Virus record (IMG/VR): IMGVR_UViG_3300012953_000018
Strand: one strand, 5' to 3'
Origin: an uncultured virus (IMG/VR IMGVR_UViG_3300012953_000018)
Taxonomy: Duplodnaviria; Heunggongvirae; Uroviricota; Caudoviricetes
Length of the DNA stretch: 64,000 nt
Shown: piece by piece, positions 45,775-56,394 of the stretch
Numbering within the stretch: the first letter of the stretch is position 1
How the letters are laid out: each line of letters begins with the position of its first letter
Notes under the pieces: generated by a model
The model's database searches: none
What the model saw: the letters and a program-made list of their open reading frames with translations, nothing else
What the model was told of the DNA's origin: nothing
Position numbers and translations under genes: made by a program

Positions 45775-46485
45775 ATGGCAACACAATTTTTTAAGAACTT
45801 TCCTGAAATGCAGTACAAGCTTTCCGATGGTAAGTTAATTACAATCAAAGACTTTTTCCGTAAGTCAAATATTGAAGGAGCTGCAAGAGAAGCAGTTGTA
45901 AATTATACTTATCATGAACTAGAAGAAGGTGATAGACCCGATGTACTTGCAACAAAGTTGTACGGTAACGGTGACCTTCATTGGACTTTCTTTTTAGTAA
46001 ATGACCTTAATAACTATTATGATTGGTGGAAAGACCAAGCATCATTTCAATCATATATGGAAAAGAGATATAAGGGAAAGTATTTTGTATGTAATCAATC
46101 AACAGATATAGTATCATCAACAAGTAAGTTTCTTTTAGGAGAATCAATAACAGGAACAAATTCAAGAGGAATCATAACAGAAGTTGACCCAACTTTTTGT
46201 AGGTTAGGAGTCGATGTAGAAGTAGGATTTGTAAGTCCAATTGTATCCACAGGTTCATCTTCCAGTAAAGCTGTAACACCAGTTTCAATCATTGATAAAC
46301 AAGATGGTGTTGCATATTATGAAAAGGATGGAGTAAAGAGTACACACTTTGTAAGTGGTTCCACTGCAAAATCTATATTCGAAGACGAATATGAAATTAA
46401 CGAAGAGAAAAGAAAAATAAAAATTATCAAACCGAGTATGATTGGAGCAGTTGTAAATCAGTTTGAGAAAGTAATGAAATCATGA
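45775..46485 (+). CDS. 53: Baseplate wedge subunit gp53
   Basis: FFKNFP, GDRPDVLA.KLYG..LHW, EYEINEEKRKIKIIKP. Confidence 0.9.
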   Translation: MATQFFKNFPEMQYKLSDGKLITIKDFFRKSNIEGAAREAVVNYTYHELEEGDRPDVLATKLYGNGDLHWTFFLVNDLNNYYDWWKDQASFQSYMEKRYKGKYFVCNQSTDIVSSTSKFLLGESITGTNSRGIITEVDPTFCRLGVDVEVGFVSPIVSTGSSSSKAVTPVSIIDKQDGVAYYEKDGVKSTHFVSGSTAKSIFEDEYEINEEKRKIKIIKPSMIGAVVNQFEKVMKS

Positions 46486-47927
46486 GTGCTAACTATGCAG
46501 CGGGTGAATTCAACATAGAAGCATTCACCTTAGTAAACCAATACAACGAATCTTTAGACCTTACAAATATGGTCATGGGATTTAAACTATTTGAATCTAT
46601 ATTCAATAAGTTTGTAACGGGAGAGGTTTCAGTATATGATGGTCTAAACCTTCCAAAGAATTTTAGAATGACTGGTCAAGAATACATTCGTATTGCATTC
46701 AGCCAAAAGGAAGGTGTCGGAGAGGAAGCAGAGAAAGAATTTTCAATTGATAAAACATTCAGAGTATATAAACTAGATAACATAAACAGAATCGATGAGT
46801 TAACACAGACATATGTTCTTAGAATATGTGACCCTCGAATGTTCTTTGCAAGAAGGAAGAGAATCAGTCAAACACTTCGTGGTCGATACGACCAAATACT
46901 ACAGAATGCATTAGTTGATGTGGGTAAGTTTAAAACTGATGAGTTTGATGCATGGGAAAAAACAGTTCCCGAAAATAAACAATTCATATGTCCTAATTGG
47001 ACAGTTGCAGAACTCATAGATTACATTACAAATAATTCTCAAGTAGGAGAAACATATGGATTTAGAAATGGCTTGTTCTTTTATCAAACTCTAAATGGTG
47101 GATTTAGATTCCTAAGTTTTGATACAATGTGTACTATGGAGTTTCCGATTCCATTCTCATTAAGTCCTACAAATACAGTAGAAACATCAGACGAAAATCT
47201 TAATGCACCGTCAGGTTTGAACACTGCAATACAAATGTACAAAAAACCTCAGATGTTCGACACATTACAAGCAACTGTCGGTGGTGCATACGCATCTACA
47301 TTAAAAGTATATGACCCAATAAGAAAACTAGAAGAAGAAAATGTTTATGATTTAAAAACATCAATGGATAAGGGAGACCATGTATCAGGATTCCCTATGT
47401 TATTTCTTGATGATGATGAAAGAGTTCTCAGACCAAATGAGATTGTTGACCCAGCTGTATCACCGACTATTGACGAGATTGATATAGACATAAAACCTAC
47501 AGAAGAATTTGATTCCTTAATCATTAGAGATTATCACAATCAACACTCATTTGATAATGCAGAGAATCTATCAGACCCCGAAGTATTTGAACCAAGAAAA
47601 CTAAATGATAGTGGAACATTAGAAAGAAGAGCTCTCTTAGAGATATTACAACAACATAGAATACAATTAACAATTCCACTCAGAACAGATTTAACCGTTG
47701 GTATGATTATCAAATTAAAGATACCAACACCCGAAGTACCTGGCGAGGGAGACAAGTCAGATAAAGTAAATGATGACAGGTATTTGATTACCGATCTTGC
47801 AGTCAATGGAGACACCCAAGCAAAAACTGGTCTATTACAATTAGAATGTGTAAAAGAAAGTTATGCTAAGAAGATAGAAGATGCAAGACCGTTAGATGAT
47901 GTGCCTGGGCCAGAGGAATCAGCATGA
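46482..47927 (+). CDS. Baseplate hub protein (gp27-like)
   Basis: FESIF..TG, GQEYIRI.F, FICPNW, FFYQTLNGGFRF; lies between gp53 and gp5. Confidence 0.7.
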   Translation: MSANYAAGEFNIEAFTLVNQYNESLDLTNMVMGFKLFESIFNKFVTGEVSVYDGLNLPKNFRMTGQEYIRIAFSQKEGVGEEAEKEFSIDKTFRVYKLDNINRIDELTQTYVLRICDPRMFFARRKRISQTLRGRYDQILQNALVDVGKFKTDEFDAWEKTVPENKQFICPNWTVAELIDYITNNSQVGETYGFRNGLFFYQTLNGGFRFLSFDTMCTMEFPIPFSLSPTNTVETSDENLNAPSGLNTAIQMYKKPQMFDTLQATVGGAYASTLKVYDPIRKLEEENVYDLKTSMDKGDHVSGFPMLFLDDDERVLRPNEIVDPAVSPTIDEIDIDIKPTEEFDSLIIRDYHNQHSFDNAENLSDPEVFEPRKLNDSGTLERRALLEILQQHRIQLTIPLRTDLTVGMIIKLKIPTPEVPGEGDKSDKVNDDRYLITDLAVNGDTQAKTGLLQLECVKESYAKKIEDARPLDDVPGPEESA

Positions 47928-48006
47928 TGGAAGTGATAACATATTTTAGTTTAACATTATTAGCATGGGTAGGATTACCTATGTTGTTTATATGGATGCA
48001 GAATAC

Positions 48007-49323
48007 ATGGAATATTTTTACGGAATAGTTGAAGACAGACAAGACCCCTTAAAGGTTGGTCGTGTCCGTGTTCGTATACATGGAATCCATACGGATGATA
48101 AACTTCTTATCGCCTCTGCAGATTTACCATGGTGTCAGGTTATACTTCCAACAACATCTGCTGGACCATCGGGGTTAGGAACAGGTCACGGACTTGTAGA
48201 GGGGTCTACGGTATTTGGATATTTTAGAGACCAAGCAAAACAAGACCCAATAGTTCTTGGTGTTGCAGCTGGTATCCCACAAGCTGGATACAAAGAAGAT
48301 ACAACTGATGCATTGATAACTAGAAGTATTGAGAAAGGTTTCAATGACCCTAGAGCATTAACGGTTGCAGATTACAATGAAGGGTCTGAAGCACCAAACC
48401 CAGTTCAAGATTCAAGAAGAGGTTGGGGTCTTACTACTGCAATGGACACTGCACCTAAGTCACCTGAAACTATCGATGTTAAATATGATAATACAGGTTC
48501 TACTATCAAAGAGTTGGAACTTACAAAGGAGATGTTACCATACTATCCTTTATATGTTGATGAGTCAGATTACTCTACGCTTGCAAGGGGTTCAGTATTA
48601 GATCATAAGATTGCAAAACAAACAGATGCAGAAGGTAATGAAGTAGAGATACCCGATGAACAAAAGATACTTAAAGATTTTGTTGATGTAGATTCTGCAC
48701 CAGTATATCCATATAATAAAGTTACACAATCCGAATCAGGTCATGTATTTGAAGTAGACGATACACTTGGTAAAGAAAGAATCAACTTACATCATAGGTC
48801 AGGTACATTCCATGAGATACATGCAGATGGTTCTGAGGTTACTAGAATTGTAAACAATAACTACACTGCAATTCTAAAAGATGATAAAGTATTCATAGCT
48901 GGTAATACAGATTTACAAGTAGGTTATGGTAATGTAAACATAACAATCGATACAGGAAATGTTGACCTAAAAGTTTTAAAAGGAAATGTAACTGAGTTAG
49001 TTTCAGAGGGTAATGTAACATCTGAAATAACTAAGGGTAATTTTACTGGACAGATTGGTGGAACAACTGATGTGACATCAGAAGGTAAGATAACAATAAC
49101 AGGTAATAACAAAACGGAGATTATATCAGATACAACGATAACGGGTACACTTGATGTTTCTAAAGCAACTAAGTTGCATAGTACATTGAATGTTACAGGT
49201 AGTCAGAAGAATGCTTCTTCTATCACTGCAAGTGGTGAAGTTACAGGTAAAGGTGTTAAACTTTCAACACATACACATAGTGTAGGCGGAAGTGCAGCTC
49301 CGAAGACAGGAAGCCCGAACTAA
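48007..49323 (+). CDS. 5: Baseplate central spike gp5 (OB fold plus beta-helix, no lysozyme domain)
   Basis: GIVEDRQDPLKVGRVRVRIHG, DLPW, YPYNKV..SESGHVFEVDDT.GKERI..HRSGTF.EI, terminal LSTHTH. Confidence 0.92.
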   Translation: MEYFYGIVEDRQDPLKVGRVRVRIHGIHTDDKLLIASADLPWCQVILPTTSAGPSGLGTGHGLVEGSTVFGYFRDQAKQDPIVLGVAAGIPQAGYKEDTTDALITRSIEKGFNDPRALTVADYNEGSEAPNPVQDSRRGWGLTTAMDTAPKSPETIDVKYDNTGSTIKELELTKEMLPYYPLYVDESDYSTLARGSVLDHKIAKQTDAEGNEVEIPDEQKILKDFVDVDSAPVYPYNKVTQSESGHVFEVDDTLGKERINLHHRSGTFHEIHADGSEVTRIVNNNYTAILKDDKVFIAGNTDLQVGYGNVNITIDTGNVDLKVLKGNVTELVSEGNVTSEITKGNFTGQIGGTTDVTSEGKITITGNNKTEIISDTTITGTLDVSKATKLHSTLNVTGSQKNASSITASGEVTGKGVKLSTHTHSVGGSAAPKTGSPN

Positions 49324-49339
49324 TTGTATAAATAGTATT

Positions 49340-49756
49340 ATGGTCGATTATGTAAAAACAAATAGTAAGAATGTTGCAGTCAAGTCTACATATAAAGACC
49401 TTGATTTAGCATTCACTGCTCACCCCATAACAGGTGATGTTGCAACTAAGTCAGACTCAGATGCAGTCCGTAGGGCAGTTAGAAATATAGTCATGACTAA
49501 CTATTATGAGAGACCTTTTAAACCAAGTTTAGGTGGAAACATTCGTGGACTATTATTCGAATTGGATACCGATAGAAAATTAAACAGAGCAAAGAGAAGA
49601 TTAAAAGAAGCAATAGAAGATTTTGAACCAAGGGTTTCAAATGTGAGATGTGTTTTTCAAACAGAAGGCAACAGTTTAGATGTCACTGTATTTTATAATA
49701 TAAAGAATGGTTTATCTAATCAAGAGCTTCAATTTACAGTAAATAGGACACGATAA
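49340..49756 (+). CDS. 25: Baseplate wedge subunit gp25
   Basis: YKDLDL.F..HP.TGD, AVRRAVRNIVMT.YYERPF.P..G, FEPRV. Confidence 0.93.
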   Translation: MVDYVKTNSKNVAVKSTYKDLDLAFTAHPITGDVATKSDSDAVRRAVRNIVMTNYYERPFKPSLGGNIRGLLFELDTDRKLNRAKRRLKEAIEDFEPRVSNVRCVFQTEGNSLDVTVFYNIKNGLSNQELQFTVNRTR

Positions 49757-51630
49757 TGGCAGTAAACAGTTCACAAATAAATGTTACCGATTTAGATTTT
49801 GATAACATTGCAGACAACCTTAAGAATTATCTTAAAGGACAAGACACATTTAAAGATTATAACTTTGAAGGTGCAACCCTATCAATCTTGATAGACCTTC
49901 TTGCATATGCATCTCATATTGGTGCAGTCAATACAAACATTGCAGCCTCTGAGTTGTTTTTAGATTCAGCACAGATAAGAAAGAATGTTGTATCAAGAGC
50001 AAAAGATTTAGGATTCACTCCATCTTCTGAGAAAGCTTCAACTGCCAAAGCAAACATAGTTCTCAGAAATGTAAGAAGTGCAGACGGTACAGTTCCAACT
50101 ACATCTGCTATGATTATGTCAAGAGGAACACAATTCAGAACAACATACGAAGGAGTTAAATACGAATTCGTTGCAGCTTCAACATATACACCAACAGTTG
50201 ATGGAACTATATTTACATATAGTAATGTAGAATTAGTTCAGGGTCAATTTGCCCAAGATCAGTTTATATTTGATAGTCAGATTAAGAATTCTAAATTTGT
50301 AGTTTCAAATAAAAGAGTAGACAAACTCAGAATGGCTGTTACTGTAAACTCAGGTGGAACTATATCTACTTATGCATTGTCAACTGATGTATCTAATATT
50401 GACACAACATCAAAAGTATATTACACTCAAGAAAACGAAGAAGGATTCATTGAGATTTATTTTGGTGATGGTACACTAGGTGTATCATTACTAGATGGTG
50501 ATATCATAACAGTTGATTACATAATTGTTAACGAAATACATGCAGATGGAGCTAATAGATTTTCTCAAGTAGGTGCAATCAACGGATTCACAGACTCGAC
50601 AATATCGGTTGTAGAAAAAGCAGCTGGTGGTGCAGAGAAAGAATCTATCGAATCAATCAAGTTCAAAGCAACTAAGTTCTATACATCACAAAACAGACTT
50701 GTTACATTGAACGACTACAAAGCAAAAGTTCAAGAATACTATCCGAATGCAGATGCAGTTGCAGTATGGGGAGGTGAGGATAATGTTCCGCCTGCATATG
50801 GTAAAGTATTTGTTGCATTGAAACCAAACAATGCAGACTACCTCTCAGAGACAGAAAAAGCATTAGTAAAAAGCAATCTAAATAAACTAAACATGTTGAC
50901 GGTTAGACCTGAGATTGTGGATGCAGATATTATCAAGATTCTCATCACAACAACATTCAAGTACAATCCAAGTTTAACAACATTAACTGCTGGAGAGTTA
51001 TCAACATTGGTAAAAAATACAATCAATCAATTTGATACAGACAATCTAAACGGGTTCGATGCAATCTTTAGACATTCGAATCTATTAAAGACAATCGATG
51101 CAGCTGACGGTGCAATTTTGTCTAACACAACAAATATCAGATTAAAGAAAAAATTAAATGGAACAGTTTCACCAAATCCAGTAGGATATAAACTTTCCAT
51201 GGGTAATGCCCTATTCAATCCCCATTCAGGTCACAATGCAATGGCGGGTGGTATTACTACAACAACAGGCTTTAAGATTGGTGGTGACTCAGTTAATACT
51301 CATTACTTTGACGATGACGGAAAAGGTAATTTAAGAAGGTATTATCTATCAGGGTCAACACGAATCTACAAGGACAATGCAGCTGGAACAATTGATTATT
51401 CCACTGGTTTGTTATCTATCAATGCATTCATCTTAACCTCTACGGTTAATGCTGACTCATCGATAGACTTCACCCTCATACCTTCGGGTAATGATGTAGT
51501 TGCAGAAAGAGGTAACTTAATTGATATCTCTCAAGACGACATCAAAGTGTCGGGTGAAGTAGACACCATCGCAAGTGGTGAATCGAGTGCTGGGGTCGGG
51601 TATACTTCTACCTCAACCAGTAGTTATTAA
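49756..51630 (+). CDS. 6: Baseplate wedge subunit gp6
   Basis: LDFDNI..NLKNYL, FKDYNFEG, ELFLDSAQIR, YFGDG.LG, ESIESIKF, QNRLVT..DY, WGGED.PP.YGKVF. Confidence 0.96.
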   Translation: MAVNSSQINVTDLDFDNIADNLKNYLKGQDTFKDYNFEGATLSILIDLLAYASHIGAVNTNIAASELFLDSAQIRKNVVSRAKDLGFTPSSEKASTAKANIVLRNVRSADGTVPTTSAMIMSRGTQFRTTYEGVKYEFVAASTYTPTVDGTIFTYSNVELVQGQFAQDQFIFDSQIKNSKFVVSNKRVDKLRMAVTVNSGGTISTYALSTDVSNIDTTSKVYYTQENEEGFIEIYFGDGTLGVSLLDGDIITVDYIIVNEIHADGANRFSQVGAINGFTDSTISVVEKAAGGAEKESIESIKFKATKFYTSQNRLVTLNDYKAKVQEYYPNADAVAVWGGEDNVPPAYGKVFVALKPNNADYLSETEKALVKSNLNKLNMLTVRPEIVDADIIKILITTTFKYNPSLTTLTAGELSTLVKNTINQFDTDNLNGFDAIFRHSNLLKTIDAADGAILSNTTNIRLKKKLNGTVSPNPVGYKLSMGNALFNPHSGHNAMAGGITTTTGFKIGGDSVNTHYFDDDGKGNLRRYYLSGSTRIYKDNAAGTIDYSTGLLSINAFILTSTVNADSSIDFTLIPSGNDVVAERGNLIDISQDDIKVSGEVDTIASGESSAGVGYTSTSTSSY

Positions 51631-51702
51631 AATAAATGAAAAAAGTGGTCAGGAATCCCCTGAGTAGTTTCCCATTCAATTGGATTATAGGAGGAAAAGA
51701 GA

Positions 51703-52170
51703 ATGGCAGATAAGAAGATAACGGCTTTGACCGTAATGAACGGTTCCGAAGTGTCGGGAACAGACATATTACATGTTGTTGACGACCCTAGTGGAACTCC
51801 CGTAAACAAAAGACTAGCAATAGCAAGTCTTTTTGAAAACATACCAACTCACTTGGCAATCAATGATGTTGTCACTGTAAGTGCAAACGGATCAATTGCA
51901 AATGGTGGTATAATTGCAGTAGACGCTGATTCAATCAGTTCTAACCTTGCATTATCATTACCTGATTCTAGTGATATTGGTGAAATCAAAATTGTTGTAA
52001 TCGCAACAGAACCAGCTGGTTCTTATGATGTAGTAGTAACTCCATCAACTTTCAACAACGGAACAACTATCACATTCACCGATAAAGGTGACGCAATGAT
52101 TTGCGTGTGGTTAGGTTCTGCGTTGGGTGGATGGAATGTATTATCTAACATTGGTGGTACAATCGCTTAA
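51703..52170 (+). CDS. Putative virion structural protein
   Basis: [32 protein letters not shown]; between gp6 and gp7. Confidence 0.7.
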   Translation: MADKKITALTVMNGSEVSGTDILHVVDDPSGTPVNKRLAIASLFENIPTHLAINDVVTVSANGSIANGGIIAVDADSISSNLALSLPDSSDIGEIKIVVIATEPAGSYDVVVTPSTFNNGTTITFTDKGDAMICVWLGSALGGWNVLSNIGGTIA

Positions 52171-52172
52171 TT

Positions 52173-55100
52173 ATGTCTAGTGATGTTTCAAATGTTGATA
52201 AGTTATCAGATAGGATAACTTCACTTGTTCCTGATTTTGTTCAGGAAGAGGCACCAGTATTTGAACAATTCCTAAAGGCGTACTATGAATTCCTTGAGGC
52301 TGAAGTCTTAGTGCTTGAGTCTCAAGGAGACATAGATGATATTCTATTAGAAGGTGATTCAGTCGGTCATGTTCTATTAGAAACTAGAACTAATCCAGCA
52401 GCTCCTGATGCAGAAAACTCAAGACTGATAGCAGAACAAACAAAAAGTCCTTTCAAAAAAGGAGAGTATATTGTTGGTTCTAAAACTGGAACAGTTGCAA
52501 AAATTAATGTTATCAATGGTAACACATTTTATACCGACACAATACACGGAAAAGGTTTCGATAAAGGTGAGACCGTAACAAGCAGACAAGGCGGACAGAC
52601 AGGTGTAGTCAAATCATTTAAACACAATTCCGTTCTTGCAAATAATAATCTTTTAAATTATTCTGATGTAGACCATACCACAGAAGAATTCTTAGATTAT
52701 TTCCAAAGAGATTTTATTCCATCTTTAGATATAGATGAAACTAAAGATGCAAGATTAACAATAAAGAACATACATGACCTTTATCAAAAGAAAGGTACGA
52801 AAGAATCAGTCCAGTTCTTACTTAGATTATTATATGGACAAGATGCAGATATTAGATATCTCATCGATGAAACAATTCAAATTTCAGAATCAGGACACAA
52901 TCACCAAAGAAGAATTGCAGTTGTCATGGATGATGTTAATACACTTCCAAGTGCAACAGATAAAGTTGTTCAATACGAGGAAGATGGTGTTCAAATAAAA
53001 GCTGAATCGATTGTAGAAAATGTTTACATTATCAATTCAAGTCGTGCAGAATATTCATTAGAGGTTTCAGATAATCACTATGGTACATTCTTAGAAGAAC
53101 ACCCTTGTACATTTGTAGATAGAGACGGAGTAACTAAAGTTACTGCAAGGGTTAAAGGTATACTCTCAGGATTGGATACAACAAAATCATCCGTATATCT
53201 TGCACAGGAGGACGGTGATACAGTTCTCTTAGAGAGTCCTCAACTATCAGGTAATATCACAACAACAGTTGATACTAAAACTTTAACAGGTGCATCTTCT
53301 AAGTTCTTGAGAGAACTAAAAGTGGGTGACACTATTAAGTATACAGTATCATCTACACAATACACTTCTGAGATTGCAACGATTACTGATGATGTAACTG
53401 CAACTCTAGTTGCAAATGCAACGGTATCAGCTGCAAATGTTGATTACTATAACGAGTCATATTCAGGAGGAGTATTAAACGAGTTCCAAAGTTTTGGTTC
53501 CATGTACTCGCTGAATGACCCGATTCTTTTTACAGACGGTAAAGCAGGAAGAGATGTAGTAAAAGCAAAAGGTGTTATTGATGGACTAAGAAGAGGTGGA
53601 GTAGAAAAAGTATTCATAGTCGATGGTGGTACAGGATACAACGGAGGAGATATAATTGTCTTCGATAATTCTAATGCAGATGGTAACGCTGCAGAAGCTG
53701 TAATTGGTGCAGTAGAAGATGTTGTAATTTTAGAAAACAGAACAGAGTGGGGTCAATTTGAAATCACAGCAACAGCAGGACAAACTGTTTTTGGTGGAGT
53801 TGGTAATACAGATGATAACGGACAACTCATACTATTCAACGATAACTCAGTAAAAGTTTTTGTTGACGGGATAGAAAAAACACCTTACACTGATTATACA
53901 TTTAAGAACGACAGAGTTACATTCACCAGTGGTCAGAGTGCTGGTGCATTAATAGAAATTTTTACAGATTTCAATAATCTAATATTGGAAGATGGTGATA
54001 AAATACAACTTAGTACAACTGAATCATTTATCAGAAGTGTAGTTGTTAGATCACCAGGCTCAGGTTATACAACATTACCTCAGTGTTTCCCTGGCGGATA
54101 CATTTATCTAGACCCAGCAGACATATCGGGTTACCAAGTTGGTGAAACAATTACAGGTGGTACATCAAGTGCAACTGCATCTATTATCCGAATAGAAGAA
54201 GAAGACAACCGATTAGTAGTCAAAAGAACTCACACCGATGTGAATCAATTCGTATCAGCTGGTGAGGTAGTAACAGGTGGTACATCAGGAACAGCCAAGA
54301 CTGCAAAACAAATTAAAGTATCAAGTGGAACAGGTGCAAAACTTCTTGCATATTCAGATGAGATTGGTGGAGTAGGTTCAATTAATATCCAAGACCAAGG
54401 ATATAACTTTAAAGAAGATATGGTGATGGATTCAACATCTCATTCCAAAATGTTAATTACCACACCATCTGCAACACTAACAGCAAACTTAACTTTTACA
54501 GGAAGGATTACAGGGTCTACAGGTAAGGTTATAAACTATAATGCAAACCAAAGTGTTTTAACCTTTACAGAATTAGACGGACACTTCTTAGATAACGAAC
54601 AAGTATTATTTAATAGTGTTGATACATTTACATGTTTGAAATTTAATCCTTTCCAAGCAAGAGGTAAACTAGGTGCAGAAGGTATCATTCAAAGACAGTT
54701 AATTGATAACAAAGGAACACTTGATGAAGATACAGCTAACTTGCATGATGGTCTATTCTATCAGACACACTCTTATATAATCAAAGTCGGTGAGAGTATA
54801 AACAAATATAGAGCAATTGTCAAGGATTTAGTTCATCCATCAGGTCACATATTCTTTGGTGAGGTTGCAGTTAAAAACTTTGTTAACCCATTCGATGAGA
54901 CTAATAATGTAGCTGGATTAGAATCCGAGAATAGATTTAACTTTTTACCAACAATTATTATGCAAGCTTTCCCAACATATCATGTTGATTTGGAAACTGC
55001 AGATTCTATTCTAAGAGATGATGAATCAAACATCATTCTAGAGAATGGATATCATATGATATTAGAATCAGCTCCTGATAAGAATGCAATTACAGAGCAT

Positions 55101-56354
55101 TTGACAGAGGTGATGATACATCCACATAAAGACCAAGCAGATTTACTAGACCCAATGATTCTAGTTAAACCTATAGACTTGTCAGGATTCGATACAGCTC
55201 TTCCATCACAAAGAGGTCGTATCAACTTAATTATAAAAGAACTTGTATCCAGTGCAATAGTCAGACAAAGAACAAGAAGAGATACAGCTGCAAGAGCTCA
55301 GAGTATTGATGTATCCGTGGTCAACAATGGATCACAAAATGTTTACAAGATAAACAACCTAAACAACAAACGACTTGAATTAGAAACTGGAGTTACATAT
55401 TACTTCAACTATCCAAGTAATGCACACCCATTCAAAATATCAGCAACATCAGATGGTTCACATAATAGTGGTACTGAGATAGGTTCAAGTGGTGGTGTAA
55501 ATGAAGGATTTAACTTTACTTCATTCTTACCAACAACAGCTGGTACTTATTATTACTATTGTAACAATCATTCAGGTATGGGTGGACAGATTGTAGTAAT
55601 CGAAGGTAATACTGATACTGTTCTCAATATAGATAATGTTAATAATCCATCTCATAGTCCATATGAGAGGTTATCAGACGGCCCATATCCAAGAAGTGCA
55701 GATCAGGGAATAGTAATACCATCGTATCATCCTTTCTCATCAGAGGCAATAGTTTTAGAAGATGGTCATAGTAAGATTATCGTAGAAGAAGAAACACATA
55801 ATTTAAGAATGGAAGAAGATGAGGGTGATGGCTTCGGTGCAAGATTCATAACGGAAGATGGTTTCGGTATGGAATTAGAAGACGGTTCATATACAAAAGA
55901 GAATACAAGGTATATGGCAACAGAAAGAGTACAGACTCTTGCAAACTTCTATCATACAACAGAAGATGGAGACACAATTATCCTAGAGGATGGTGGTGTT
56001 GTCCTAGACGAAAGAACAGAGGGCGGGTCATTAACCTCGTTTGTTCCTATGGGAACTACAATTGGTGACCTAAATAAAATAGTTGACCAAAATGTTTACG
56101 ACATTGCATATTATTTGCTTGACGAAAGCTTGGACAACAATGACCAAGACAGAATTGTCTTTGAAGATGGTCATGGTTCGGTACTTTTAGAAGAATCAAA
56201 GGAAAGTGGATTCACTTTTGAAGACTTTGATGCATTCGTTCCTAACCATAGACTAAAAAGTTTTGATGAATTACAGTATAAGAGAACCAACATGACATGG
56301 AACTCTTATGTTATTTCATCTAATATTACGAATTCACAGTTGAGTTCTTTATAA
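52173..56354 (+). CDS. 7: Baseplate wedge initiator gp7-like protein
   Basis: VPDFVQEE.P.F.QFLKAYYEFLE, LYQKKGT.ES..FL.RLLYG, FYQ.HSY.IK, VKDLVHPSGH.FFGE. Confidence 0.85.
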   Translation: MSSDVSNVDKLSDRITSLVPDFVQEEAPVFEQFLKAYYEFLEAEVLVLESQGDIDDILLEGDSVGHVLLETRTNPAAPDAENSRLIAEQTKSPFKKGEYIVGSKTGTVAKINVINGNTFYTDTIHGKGFDKGETVTSRQGGQTGVVKSFKHNSVLANNNLLNYSDVDHTTEEFLDYFQRDFIPSLDIDETKDARLTIKNIHDLYQKKGTKESVQFLLRLLYGQDADIRYLIDETIQISESGHNHQRRIAVVMDDVNTLPSATDKVVQYEEDGVQIKAESIVENVYIINSSRAEYSLEVSDNHYGTFLEEHPCTFVDRDGVTKVTARVKGILSGLDTTKSSVYLAQEDGDTVLLESPQLSGNITTTVDTKTLTGASSKFLRELKVGDTIKYTVSSTQYTSEIATITDDVTATLVANATVSAANVDYYNESYSGGVLNEFQSFGSMYSLNDPILFTDGKAGRDVVKAKGVIDGLRRGGVEKVFIVDGGTGYNGGDIIVFDNSNADGNAAEAVIGAVEDVVILENRTEWGQFEITATAGQTVFGGVGNTDDNGQLILFNDNSVKVFVDGIEKTPYTDYTFKNDRVTFTSGQSAGALIEIFTDFNNLILEDGDKIQLSTTESFIRSVVVRSPGSGYTTLPQCFPGGYIYLDPADISGYQVGETITGGTSSATASIIRIEEEDNRLVVKRTHTDVNQFVSAGEVVTGGTSGTAKTAKQIKVSSGTGAKLLAYSDEIGGVGSINIQDQGYNFKEDMVMDSTSHSKMLITTPSATLTANLTFTGRITGSTGKVINYNANQSVLTFTELDGHFLDNEQVLFNSVDTFTCLKFNPFQARGKLGAEGIIQRQLIDNKGTLDEDTANLHDGLFYQTHSYIIKVGESINKYRAIVKDLVHPSGHIFFGEVAVKNFVNPFDETNNVAGLESENRFNFLPTIIMQAFPTYHVDLETADSILRDDESNIILENGYHMILESAPDKNAITEHLTEVMIHPHKDQADLLDPMILVKPIDLSGFDTALPSQRGRINLIIKELVSSAIVRQRTRRDTAARAQSIDVSVVNNGSQNVYKINNLNNKRLELETGVTYYFNYPSNAHPFKISATSDGSHNSGTEIGSSGGVNEGFNFTSFLPTTAGTYYYYCNNHSGMGGQIVVIEGNTDTVLNIDNVNNPSHSPYERLSDGPYPRSADQGIVIPSYHPFSSEAIVLEDGHSKIIVEEETHNLRMEEDEGDGFGARFITEDGFGMELEDGSYTKENTRYMATERVQTLANFYHTTEDGDTIILEDGGVVLDERTEGGSLTSFVPMGTTIGDLNKIVDQNVYDIAYYLLDESLDNNDQDRIVFEDGHGSVLLEESKESGFTFEDFDAFVPNHRLKSFDELQYKRTNMTWNSYVISSNITNSQLSSL

Positions 56355-56394
56355 ATAGTATATAAATAATCTATAGATTAACGGAGTTAGAAAA

